This document shows, one piece after another, positions 1-11,162 of a DNA stretch of 64,000 nucleotides. Position numbers and translations under genes: made by a program. The notes under the pieces are model-generated. The model made no database searches and had not been told where the DNA came from. It worked only from the letters and a program-made list of their open reading frames with translations. The DNA comes from Octopus vulgaris. Lineage: Eukaryota. Each line of letters opens with the position of its first letter. The stretch's first letter is position 1. The stretch covers positions 41,230,001 to 41,294,000 of the forward strand of contig OX597830.1 in assembly GCA_951406725.2 (NCBI GenBank). Reading direction: 5' to 3'.

Positions 1-60
1 ATTGTGTCCTTGAGCAAAGCACTTCATTTCTTGTTGCTCCAATTCACTCAGCTGTGACAG
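1..60 (+). mobile_element. Fragment of SINE family C (CORE-like domain), cut by the window edge
   Basis: TGTGTCCTTGAGCAAAGCACTTCATTTC...CTCCAATTCACTCAGCTG matches the central part of the copies at 22365 and 23473. Confidence 0.6.
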
Positions 61-432
61 AATGGCACCCTGGGATCTCAATCACTTTTATATGCCATAA
101 AAACTGGATAAAAACTAGCTAACTCTATGGATCCTAGGACGCTAGACAGTAATATCCAGGGGTTGATGGTGGTGATGATGATGATGGTCAGTGGCCTGGG
201 GAGGAAGGATGGTTGGCCCAGACATTTGTAGGTATGAAGATGGTATGAGACAAGCCATCTGCAAGGAGCAGAGGTCACTGTAGTAGAGTTACAAAAAGCA
301 GAGAGAGGTGACAGCACATCTACGGGCCAATAGCTAGAATGTCTTGGTGGATGACTTTATGCCATTTAGTTGAACTTCTTAGCCATTCAACCATGTCTTT
401 GCTCTGTGTGTATGTATATTTATCTGATGATG

Positions 433-477
<45 letters not shown>

Positions 478-495
478 GTGTATGTGAATACACAA

Positions 496-529
<34 letters not shown>

Positions 530-902
530 GTGAACATATATGTTTGATTGATTTAGAAGATGAAACAAAATCTCCCAACTTAATTTAAATTAGAAATGTT
601 CTTTTAGTTTTCGCTAATTATTAATAATTCAGTTAAGTGTGAAATGAAAGTTACTAATATAATGATAAAAATCGAATCAATAATAAAATTTTCAATAAAT
701 TGAAATTCCTAGACAACATGAAGTATTAGCATCTGTATCATAATTGTCAGAGACATTGTCTGCTGTATTTATGGTAAGAGAATGGTAAAGTCAAGATGAA
801 ACATGTAAAAAAAAAAAGAAAGAAAAAAAAGCAACAAAAACAAAAAAAGACAAACAAGCCAATTGCTTTCTTAAGCACAAGACGGAATTTGTAATTGGAG
901 TT

Positions 903-1135
903 ATCATCATCATTGTTCTATGTCTACTTTTCCATGCATGCATGGCTCAAACAGAATTTGTTGAGGCAAATTTTCTACAGCTGGATGCCCTTCCTGTCAC
1001 CAACTCTCACCTGTTTCTAAGCAAGGTAATATTTCCCCGTGGCCAGATATGTTTTTTTTATGGAAATCTGGAAATGAACAACCCCACTTGTATGATGGTG
1101 ATGCTTGTTTACAGCCATCACAAGATGTCAAGAGA
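903..1135 (-). mobile_element. SINE-like family D copy ((GAT)n tail; AGGAAGGGCATCCAG core)
   Basis: (CAT)n followed by TTTCCATGC...CTGGATGCCCTTCCTGTCACCAAC; homologous to 2310, 47752 and 59605. Confidence 0.7.
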
Positions 1136-1189
1136 AAGATACACACAAACACATACGTATACACACTCATATATGTATATGTGTGTGTG

Positions 1190-1240
<51 letters not shown>

Positions 1241-1244
<4 letters not shown>

Positions 1245-1645
1245 AGGAGTGGCTGTGTGGTAAGTAGCTTGCTTACCAACCACATGGTTCCGGGTTCAGT
1301 CCCACTGCGTGGCACCTTGGGCAAGTGTCTTCTACTATAAGCTTCGGGCCGACCATGCCTTGTGAGTGGATTTGGTAGACGGAAACAGAAAGAAGCCCGT
1401 CGTATATATATATATATATATATGCGTGTGTGTGTTTGTGTATCTGTGTTTGTCCCCCTAGCATTGCTTGACAACCGATGCTGGTGTGTTTACGTCCCCG
1501 TCACTTAGCGGTTCGGCAAAAGAGACCGATAGAATAAGTACTGGGCTTACAAAGAATAAGTCCCGGGGTCGAGTTGCTCGACTAAAGGTGGTGCTCCAGC
1601 ATGGCCGCAGTCAAATGACTGAAACAAGTAAAAGAGTAAAGAGTA
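1241..1645 (+). mobile_element. SINE family A, full length (tRNA head, CORE-like domain, internal microsatellite, LINE-like tail)
   Basis: A box TGGCTGTGTGG; B box GGTTCAGTCCC; CORE-like CACCTTGGGCAAGTGTCTT; internal (TA)n(TG)n; tail CCAGCATGGCCGCAGTCAAATGACTGAAACAAGTAAAAGA; more than 15 copies in the window. Confidence 0.92.
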
Positions 1646-1653
1646 TATATATA

Positions 1654-1942
1654 TAAGTTTTAAAAGTAATAGTAAACAAAGAACAGACACAGAATGGCAA
1701 GTTAAAAAACATATAGTAAATGCACAGACAAACAGAAAACAGACACAGAAGGTCCCTGACTCCTCATCAGTTATTGGCCAGTGGGTCTGATGCAATTTTG
1801 TGCTTTTTGACTGTTAACTGATGAGGAATTGGGGACCTTCTGTATCTGTTTTCCATTCATCTGTGGATTTACTATGTTTTTTTTTTCTTGCTATTCTCAG
1901 TCTATTTTTCGTTTGTACATTTACTATACACTTTTTAACTTA
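1654..1942. repeat. Long inverted repeat (fold-back), arms about 120-128 bp, 41-nt loop
   Basis: 1654-1773 is the reverse complement of 1815-1942; the inner 38 bp match at 34/38; each arm carries CTGATGAGG. Confidence 0.9.
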
Positions 1943-2188
1943 TTAATTAATGGAACACAACACACTCTTGGTTTTATTCACAGTCAGTTATTTATATGTC
2001 GTTGAATGTTTGAAATGAGGAGTAGATAGACAACCGACAACTGATGAAGGGTCCTTTCTCTGTGTTTACTTGTCCTGTTTTCCATTTTTTCTCATCGTTT
2101 ACGTATTTCACTTGTTTTTCCCTCGTTTGTTTACGTATTCCATGTTATTTGCACCGTTGGTGATATCCTGTACCCATATATATATACT

Positions 2189-2269
<81 letters not shown>

Positions 2270-2309
2270 TCATACATACATTATATAAGTGTGTATGTGT
2301 ATGTTTAGT

Positions 2310-2543
2310 ATCATTTAATGTCCACGTTTCCATGCTGGTGTGGGTCGGACAATATTTTGTTGAGGCAGATTTTATACAGCCAAATGCCCTTCCAGTCACC
2401 AACCCTCGCCTGTTTTGAAGCAAGGTGATATTTCTCCATGGCGAAATACGTTTTCCGCTGAAGACTAGAAACAAACAACATCGCTTACTATAAAAAAGCA
2501 CCTGTGCAGTGCCGTGTAAAAACTCCCAGTCCACTCTGTGAAG
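2310..2543 (-). mobile_element. SINE-like family D copy
   Basis: CATTTAATGTCCACGTTTCCATGCTGGTGTGGG...ATGCCCTTCCAGTCACCAACC. Confidence 0.65.
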
Positions 2544-2609
2544 TCATTTAAGGACTGACCAATGTGCAGTACAACACCAAATTGTAATAATAATAATAAT
2601 AATGATAAT

Positions 2610-2765
2610 TCTTTTGAATTTCTTCCAGCTCTTTACATTTTGAGTTTTGCCAAGGCTGGTTTTGTCTTTTCTCCTATCAGGGCCAATCAAACAAGTGCCA
2701 GTTAAGCATGGGGGTGGTGGTGATGTAATTGACTACCCCTCCTCCCCCAAAATATAAGGATTATG
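2610..2765 (+). mobile_element. Degenerate SINE family B fragment
   Basis: TTTACATTTTGAGTT...GCCAAGG...AAGTGCCAGTT...GATGTAATTGACTA...CCCCCAAAAT resembles 37217-37428. Confidence 0.5.
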
Positions 2766-4699
2766 AAAATAGCCCAAAGATTCTTTAGTATTTCAGGTTA
2801 TTGAATACATTAGCAACACCATGTATGTCGTCTTACACACCAGAATGAAATTGTGTAGTTACCATGTATTCAATTCCACGTTTACATATAATAGGGTCCC
2901 ATTGTATTGAAGCAACAGTCAGGAGATTGTAAAGCATTGGAAATGACCAGTAAGATAGTTTAAGCAGATATTACATGTAGTTAAGGAGAGTATAAGTAAT
3001 TGAATAAGATTAAGTAAGAATGTTCAATGAATTGTTTAGATTCAGTTACAAAGAGAAATAAAATATATCAATGTTTTTCTATTACCTGTGTTTCAAATGA
3101 CAGAATTGACTCCATCAGCATGCAATAAGATTATTTTAAGATTTGTCACATCATATTCTCTTTTACAAAAACTGATAAAACAACATCAAAGTGAGTGTAT
3201 GTGATCCATGCTTATTAGTTGCTCATAAATTTTATCAACTATTTCCACTGTAATTCCTCCTATCTAAACCTTTAAAGTAATAATGAGGATGATTTATTGA
3301 AATCGAATATAAAGTGTGGTTTATAGTTCTCCCAGCTTTCATTGTTATAATCTACTTAAGAATGCAAAACTTAACGAACCAGCAAAGAATAGTTTCTTCT
3401 CTTTGAAACCAGTCATCAATTAAATCATTTTAATATTTACAATAAAGTTAAGCAAATATGCAGAAATGTATTAGAATTTAAAATTCATATTCCACTTGAT
3501 TAAATAACCAATTGCTTTTGTGTGATGTTCCTCTCTTTCCCAACTGACTGAAAGGATTTTTCTTGTCCTCCAGTTTCTTGAAACCCCTACCAACTGTGGG
3601 CATAAATGAACATGGAGGCTTCAAATGCAGAATGAAAGATTTAGTTGCTTTGAATTTAAATAAAATCCTGTTGTTTACACAAGCCATTTAAACTATTACA
3701 TACATGTTTGGGTACATAGTAACTGTTGTGATATAACAACTCTTGTTTTTTATAATTGTAATGATAGAGAAGATTTGAGATAAGAAATGTATTAAGATAC
3801 AATACAACAGTTTTACTTGAACATGTGTGTGTGTGTGTAATCCTTTATTGTTGTTGCTACACTTAACATTTATACAAGATGCTTTCTCATGATGAATACC
3901 ACAGTTTTCTGGCTTTCTACAGTTTAGCCATGTCAAGTGAGATGCACATAATGTTATTTTGAACTAATACTGCTTCCATATCTAATAACATTTATATATA
4001 TGATGCCCTGCTCTGGTAGACAATATTCTAGCAGTGTTTTTATTCATATGCACATTTATGCAACCAGAGTTATTGGAATTACCCTGGTGCAAATTGGATT
4101 GAAATTTTTAGATTATTTTTGTTAAATGATTTAATTATTATTTGTTTATTTTATATAGAAATATATGTGCATATATTTTTCATTTTAATGCAGATAAGTT
4201 GAATGCTTTTCAGGCTTCTATGATGTAAAAACAGCTTTTTTTTTTAATTTGATCAGCATAATCTTAATCTATACCTTTTAAAATGTTTTTCTGAAAAACG
4301 TTTTTTAAAAAAATTTGCATTATTAAGAAAGTTATGAAGAGAAGAAGTAGCTATGTCTGAAAAAGTATCTCTCCAAAATTTGATTATAAAAATTTACATA
4401 ATTAAGAAAGTTATGAGGAAATGAAGTTAAGCGAAGAGGGACACTGACATGTAATTATGCTAGAAACAGAGAGAGACAGTCTGCATGGAATTGGTAAATA
4501 GTTTTTTGAGTTTGGTGAAAGTCAGAAGTTAAGTTATTAAGTAGTTGTCATGTGTTCCAGTTTCTCAGATACATAGGATGTAAAACTCTCCTGTCTTTCT
4601 TTTAGTTTCTTCCTCTTAACTCTGAAGAACGATTCAGTCCAAAACATTGGATATTCCATTTCCATCGGGAAATTTACTGTACTCTTTCTGTTTCTTTTA

Positions 4700-5166
4700 T
4701 TAACTCTTCAGCATTCAGATTATTCTTATTTCTTTATTGCCCACAAGGGGCTAAACATAGAGGGGACAAACCAGGACAGACAAAAGGTTTAAGTCGATTA
4801 CATCGACCCCAGTGCGTAACTGGTACTTAATTTATTGACCCTGAAAGGATGAAAGGTAAAGTTGACCTGGCGGAATTTGAACTCAGAACGTAACGGCAGA
4901 CGAAATATTACTAAGCATTTCGCCCGGCGCGCTAACAATTCTGCCAGCTCGCCGCCTTATTATTCTATCAAACGTAATGCTTATTGATTCATATGGTTTT
5001 GAATTAACCAGGCATTTTCTTATAGCCTTGAGATTTTTGGATAATGATTGCTTATTTTTAGAAGGACATTTTAGAGTAGATGTGTGGGGCTGGACCCGAC
5101 TGATTTGAACATAAAACAAGTAGAATATTTAGGCCAGATACAGTTGGTTTGAATACTAAAGAGTTA
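4700..5166. mobile_element. TTAA-flanked MITE, family M1 (piggyBac-like ends), split by a SINE B insertion
   Basis: Ends TTAACTCTTCAGCATTCAGA and TTTGAATACTAAAGAGTTA; body homologous to 17370, 29058 and 63010. Confidence 0.75.
4727..4958 (-). mobile_element. SINE family B, full length (tRNA-like head, Meta-like domain, tail type 1)
   Basis: Minus strand reads GGCGGCGAGCTGGCAGAA...GTTCAAATTC...CCTTTCATCCTTTCAGGGTCAATAAATTAAGTACCAG; 8-bp TSD ATTATTCT at 4719-4726 and 4959-4966. Confidence 0.88.
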
Positions 5167-5542
5167 CTCTTTTACTCTTTTACTTGTTTCAGTCATTTGA
5201 TTGCGGCCATGCTGGAGCACTGTCTTTAGTTGAGCAAATCAACCCCAGGACTTATTCTGTCGGTGTCTTTTGCCAAACCGCTAAGTTATGGGGATGCAAA
5301 CACACCAGCATCGGTTGACAAGCGATGTTGGGGGGGACAAACACAGATACACAAACACACACATATAGATACATATATATGACGGGCTTCTTCCAGTTTC
5401 CGTCTACCAAATCCACTCACAAGGCTTTGGTCAGCCCAAGGCTATAGTAGAAGACACTTGCCCAAGGTGCCATGCAGTGGGACTGAACCCGGAACCATTT
5501 GGTTGGTAAGCAAGCTACTTACCACACAGCCACTCCTGTGCC
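5164..5542 (-). mobile_element. SINE family A, full length
   Basis: Reverse complement of 1241-1645. Confidence 0.92.
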
Positions 5543-5916
5543 TTAAGCAATTCATAGAAATAAATTTGGACGGATGTTAAAGACAGACTTACTCTCAATT
5601 TGAAAACATTTTTTTTTTTCAGCAGCACTCTCTAATGTACTTAACAAATCTTGATGTACAAAACATGGAAATCAAAAGAATAACTTTGATGTTTATATTT
5701 GTGTAGTGTTGACCCTTTTTTTTTTTATATTAAACTTAAATCACTTAGAGGAGGTTTTTTTATAGGTAACGGTTCATTGAGAAATGGAATTAGACAGAAA
5801 ATCTTATATGTAATGAAGCATTCATCGAAAACATAGAAATCAAAAGACTGTTTATTTATAAGGACATCTATCGACAGTGCTTGTTGTCATGGTGACAGAT
5901 TGTCAAACTCAAAGGG

Positions 5917-5969
<53 letters not shown>

Positions 5970-6170
5970 GTGTGTACGTTTGTGGTCGATCATGCTATAA
6001 TGAAATATACAGATATTGTCCTACAGGTTGAGGATTCTTGACCTGCTTTTGTTTCCTTCATGCATTATTCTAGAAGGAATTTGAATTTCTATGCCAAATT
6101 TCAAAATTTTGGAATTGTTTCAGGGCAAAGAGTCAAACAACGATACTTTTACACACACACAAGTATTGAT

Positions 6171-6219
<49 letters not shown>

Positions 6220-7978
6220 CAAAATAAAAACATGATGCCAAGGATTCAGCGGTACATATGTTTCGGGCCTTTATTAGATGGATTTATAACAATGTATAAT
6301 GTGTGTCCATATACACACACATAATTACCTATATATTTGTGTGTGTGTCTGTATGTGTGTATAAGTATTGGTGTTCATATACACATACAGAAAATTACCT
6401 ATATAAGTATATTTATATATATTTATATAGGTATTTGTATGTGTGTGTGTATATATATTTAATTGGAGAGTGTTTGTGGACAGATGAGTGAATTTGATAT
6501 TGCTCAAAGGGGTATGGAACCAGCATGATGCGGCGGGGGGGGGGGGTAAACCAACATATAATGTCAAGCCCTGCTGTTGATACGGGATTTGGGATTTGCG
6601 TTCTATGCCCTGACTTGAGCAAAGAACAGGGCTCGCCTCTTTGAGCTGGGAAATGAATGGAATGCCTGGTGCATGTCTTGTTGTGGCTACCCCTCCTAAA
6701 AAAAAAAAAAAAGGGTATTAGTCCTGGGTGTATAAAAAATATTATTGTTAGTAAATAATAGTCAGATTAGTTAAGGGCTTTCATCAGGCCATTCACTCCC
6801 AACCTTACAACAGAATCAAGGAAACAGAATCTAGGGAGTGTCTTTCAAGTGATTCTGCTTCCCACATCAGTTTTGTGGTTTTCCTCATCAGTGTCTGCAT
6901 CTTCCACTAAGATATAGTGATGAAAGATAAACACACACACACACACACACAAACTAATGAAAACGCATCCTCCCCTCCTTATATATGTTTGTGTGTGTGT
7001 GTGTACGCATACACTTATTTACGTATATATACATATATAAGTACATATCTATATATACATACTCATATATAGATGTATATGTATGTGTTTATGTAAGTAT
7101 ACACACACAGGCACACACATTGGGATTTAATAATAAGCACACAATATTTTAGCCAGGGTTATCTTAATCACCTTGGCTTGGTGGAATTTAATATCAAACA
7201 TTATTATGATCAATATCCTGTCACCCTAACTATTGTTGTTGAAATATAATTCATTGTAATTCGACTTCCAATAAAAGCTTTGGGCAATGGAATAACTGCA
7301 TAATTTCTTCATTGTCTTTGAAATTACAATTAGCTCTTCTCGTCTGCATGTTTAGTTGCTCTCTTTGTTTTTTTTTTTGTTTTTTTTTTGCTTTGTATTT
7401 TTGCTTTTTTTTGTTTTTTGTTTTTTTTACTACTTCTTGTCTCAAATTTTTGTTTTGATATTCTGCATTCATTATTGTTGTCGGCATCATCTTCAGCATC
7501 AGCAGCAACTATAACACCACTACCACTACTACTAACAACTGACTGCCTTTACCTTAACATCATCATTAGCTATCAATCCACATCTTCAGAAATAAACATA
7601 CTGTGTTGCTATTTCCTTTGCTAGTATGTTATCATTACCACTATTTTCACACTTCTCCAATCACCACCACCACCACCACCACCACTACCATCATCATCAT
7701 CATCATCACAGTTTGCACCAATATTAGCATTGACTTACTATTAGCACTATCAGCTACAGTATTTTCTTTTCATCAAGCATCATCTTCAACAAAGAAATAT
7801 TATGAGTCCATCATGATCTATAACCTCGGATATGTTTTAACACACACTGCCAATCTCTCTCTCTCCCTCTCCATATCTCTCTCTCACCTTCCTCTCTTTT
7901 ACTCTCTCTCGCACTCTCCTTCCCTCTCTCTTTAATCTTTCTCTCTCTCACACACTCACCCTTCTGTCTCTTTCCTAC

Positions 7979-8046
<68 letters not shown>

Positions 8047-8459
8047 AATTACTCTTTTCCATAAACTGTAACATGTTGTAGGGCCACTAACACCGAAAGA
8101 TTTCTTCCCAGTGTGTTGTGCTACATGGTGATGTTAGCATGACACCCACACATTCTCCAACTCAAACACTATTGATCAGAGATATAAAGAATAAGTGAGG
8201 AGTTGGAGATCAGACCTGCATCACAGACTCGCCTTGTCTGTTGTTTAACACTGTTCTATGGTGCTTGCAGTCCACAGACCATGACAACTTCCAAATTATC
8301 TCCAACTAGGGTTATGTTCAATAAGCACTCTCTGTTACCATTCTATTACATAATCAGATAATGTATTTGATGCAAATATTAACCCAAAATTTAATAAATG
8401 GAAACAAAAAGGATATTTTTGCTTTGACATATTTCGGTCAATATTTGAATACATTTTAT

Positions 8460-8519
8460 ATCACCATCATCATCATCATCATCATCGTCTTCTTCATTAT
8501 CATCCTCATCAACATCATT

Positions 8520-8582
<63 letters not shown>
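8460..8582. repeat. (CAT)n microsatellite, expanded tail of a family D element
   Basis: About 40 CAT-like units directly abutting the family D copy at 8583. Confidence 0.9.
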
Positions 8583-8584
<2 letters not shown>

Positions 8585-8790
8585 TTTTCCATACTGATGT
8601 GTGTTGGATGATTTGACAGGATTTTGCCAGCCCAAGGGCCACATCAAGCTTCAGTATCAGAATTGGCATGGTTTCTATGGTTGGATACCCTTCCTAACAC
8701 CAACCACATTACTGAGGGTACTGGGTGATTTGGTTTTTCTTCTTTTTTCATGACACCAGCACCAGTGAGGTTGCCAAGTAATTTGTAAGA
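8583..8790 (-). mobile_element. SINE-like family D copy
   Basis: CCATTTTCCATACTG...TTGGATACCCTTCCTAACACCAACCA...CCAGTGAGGTTGCCAAGTAATTTG. Confidence 0.7.
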
Positions 8791-9168
8791 CAGGGAAAGA
8801 ACAAGAAATGGAAAAGGAAAAGTCTCCAGCTTGGTGGTGGTGGTGTGGTTATGCCAGGTGTTGGGTTGGAGGGTGTCAAAGTATTCTTGAGGGACAAGCA
8901 TTATAGCAAGTTGTCTTGCTATAGTGAAGACGTGATATATAAGGGTTGAAATAGCTGGGAAGGAGACAAGATGAGGTGCTGGAACAAATGCTCAGGGAGC
9001 AAAAGAGGATACAGGCAGGGGATACAGGACAGAGGAGGAGGAGGAAGAGGAGAAGGAGGAGGAGGAGGAGTGGGGAATTGTAAGAGTGCAAAGGAAGAGA
9101 TAGTTTGCACAATTAAATTATAATAGCCATCAATAGCTGAATGATATTTTGCTACTGTAAGGTTTGCC

Positions 9169-9943
9169 GTCAATTTATCAAAGAAGGCAGTTGATTGAAA
9201 TACAATTTGGAAACAGTTGAACAAAAAGAACAAAAAGAAACAACAAAACAATTGATCAAAGTAACAGTTGTGTGAATTAACGATTAATTGAATTATAGCA
9301 AATATTCAAAATACCGAAAATAGGTAAAGGGAAAAGGTTGTATTGTCACGTTTTACTAAAATAATTTTTTTTGTATCAAAATGTCATACAATATATATAT
9401 GAATGTGTGTGTGTGAGAGAGAGAGAGAGAAAATTGTTTATGTTTACAGTCTAAAACCAGTGTACTTTATGTTAATATCTCTTTATGGCCTTTGTCATAG
9501 CTGGTTCAAAATCTGTGGCAATTGAATCAATATTTGAAAACTATGCTAATGTTTTTTTTTACAAGATTAAAAAAAAAAACTTAGCCATTCAATGAAATTA
9601 TAAAAAAAAATACTCAAGAAAATAAACAAACAAGTATTATAATTTTATGCTATGGGCAACTGCACATAAATAGTGAGTTATATTAGAGTACTCATAAAAT
9701 GATTCAGTGAGCTTTTTAAGACACTTAGTTGAATTCTGTTATTTTGTGGCACTTCGATCAAGTGTTTTGTTTTTTGTTAATTGTTTTACATTTTAATAAA
9801 ATATAACACTATAACATTTTAAAAAGAAAATAGTTATAATATTTGCTGTTATTCAATTAATTGTTGATTCAAGCAACTGTTGCCTCAGTCAATTGCTTTT
9901 TCATTCAACTGTTTATAGTAAGATATATTTTGATAAACTGTCC
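9169..9943. mobile_element. Putative non-autonomous DNA transposon with long imperfect terminal inverted repeats
   Basis: 9248-9306 is an ungapped imperfect reverse complement of 9838-9896; outer ends TTTATCAAA and TTTGATAAA; repeated CAGTTG/CAACTG; no TSD found. Confidence 0.6.
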
Positions 9944-10189
9944 ACACACTTTTGCTATGAATCTTTGTGTGGGTGAACATATTTTTGTTGTAGTTCATTT
10001 TTCAAGAACCCGGTAGATTTTCCCCTGGCAACCGTGTATTTTCATTGTGGTAGCACACCTGTTTCTGTCTTCATTCCTGATCTTTCTCTCTCCAGCTTGG
10101 TATTCTTGTACTTCCTCTTCAGCAAGATACCTATATCTGTCTCATTATAGCCTTTTCATCATCATCTCCTCCAGTGCTTCCTCCCCTCT

Positions 10190-10445
10190 TAAAAGTTTTT
10201 GCCTTGCAAGTACTTGGTGACCCTGTCAGTGCAGGTGCCACTTAAAAGCACCCAGTCCACATTGTAAAGTGGTTGGTGTTCAGAAGGGCATCCAGCTGTA
10301 AAAGCTTCGCCAAAACTGACCTCACCTGTGCTTCTGCCATGTAAAAAGCACTAAGTCCACTCTGCTGAGTGGTTGGTGTTAGGAAGGGCATCGAGCTGTA
10401 AAAATCCTGCCAAAACAGTCCCAGAAATCCAGTGCAGGCTTTGGC
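10190..10445 (+). mobile_element. SINE-like family D copy with a duplicated core
   Basis: AAAAGCAC..AGTCCAC...GTGGTTGGTGTT..GAAGGGCATC.AGCTGTAAAA occurs twice in tandem. Confidence 0.7.
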
Positions 10446-10580
10446 GTCGGCGGCGGTGGCGGCATTGTTGTTGTTCAGGTCACTGCTTGGAATCAAACTT
10501 GTGATCTGAATAATAATAAGAAGAATAATAATATCAAAAAATACCTTAGGAATGAGAACCCAGGTTCGAAATTTCCCCAA

Positions 10581-10626
10581 GACACCTGATGAAGGCTGGA
10601 GGGTGTATCAGCTGAAACATTGTGTT
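10581..10626 (+). ncRNA. Minimal type-I hammerhead ribozyme motif (Penelope-type), probably decayed
   Basis: Stem I GACAC/GTGTT; core CTGATGA plus one extra A; stem II GGCTG/CAGCT; GAAAC; remnant stem III ATT where an intact motif would have GTT. Confidence 0.6.
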
Positions 10627-11162
10627 AACAACAAACAAGATGAGGACAAATATCTGTCAAATGTAAATAATGTACATTATTTCAATAGGTGTTGGAGGTT
10701 TTTTAAAATTCAGGAAACCTCACCCAGGAACCCAGCCAAAGTTGATCAAGCCCTAGTTTGTGTCCCAGTTACCATTATGTCAAAATGTTCCTAACCCACA
10801 TAAAAGTATGCCTTTAATCTTTTTATAAGCCTCTGTTATTCACTAGTCTATCACTTAACTTCAATTATTTTGATGTTACATTGATAAAAGATATATTTCC
10901 ACTGAATGAGGTATCAGCATGTTGCAGCTAAATTTTATTCACAACAGTAAATTAACAAGAGCTTAAGCTTATCTATGCTACAGTATTTCTTTCTAGTCTG
11001 TTGTTTAATCCTTCCTGGTCATAGTTACATTATCAAGTCATTAGTCATCCTGAATGTATCCTTAAAATTCTGGACCCTGTTCCCTACAGTTAGCTTCACT
11101 GAATTTATATAGAATAAAGTGTTGTCAGAAACATGATTCAGAATGCTTGAGTGGATTTGAAC

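Noticed and set aside
8391-8669. Poly-Asp, poly-Met and poly-Ile ORFs
   Set aside because: They come from the (CAT)n tail of a family D element and are open in several frames.
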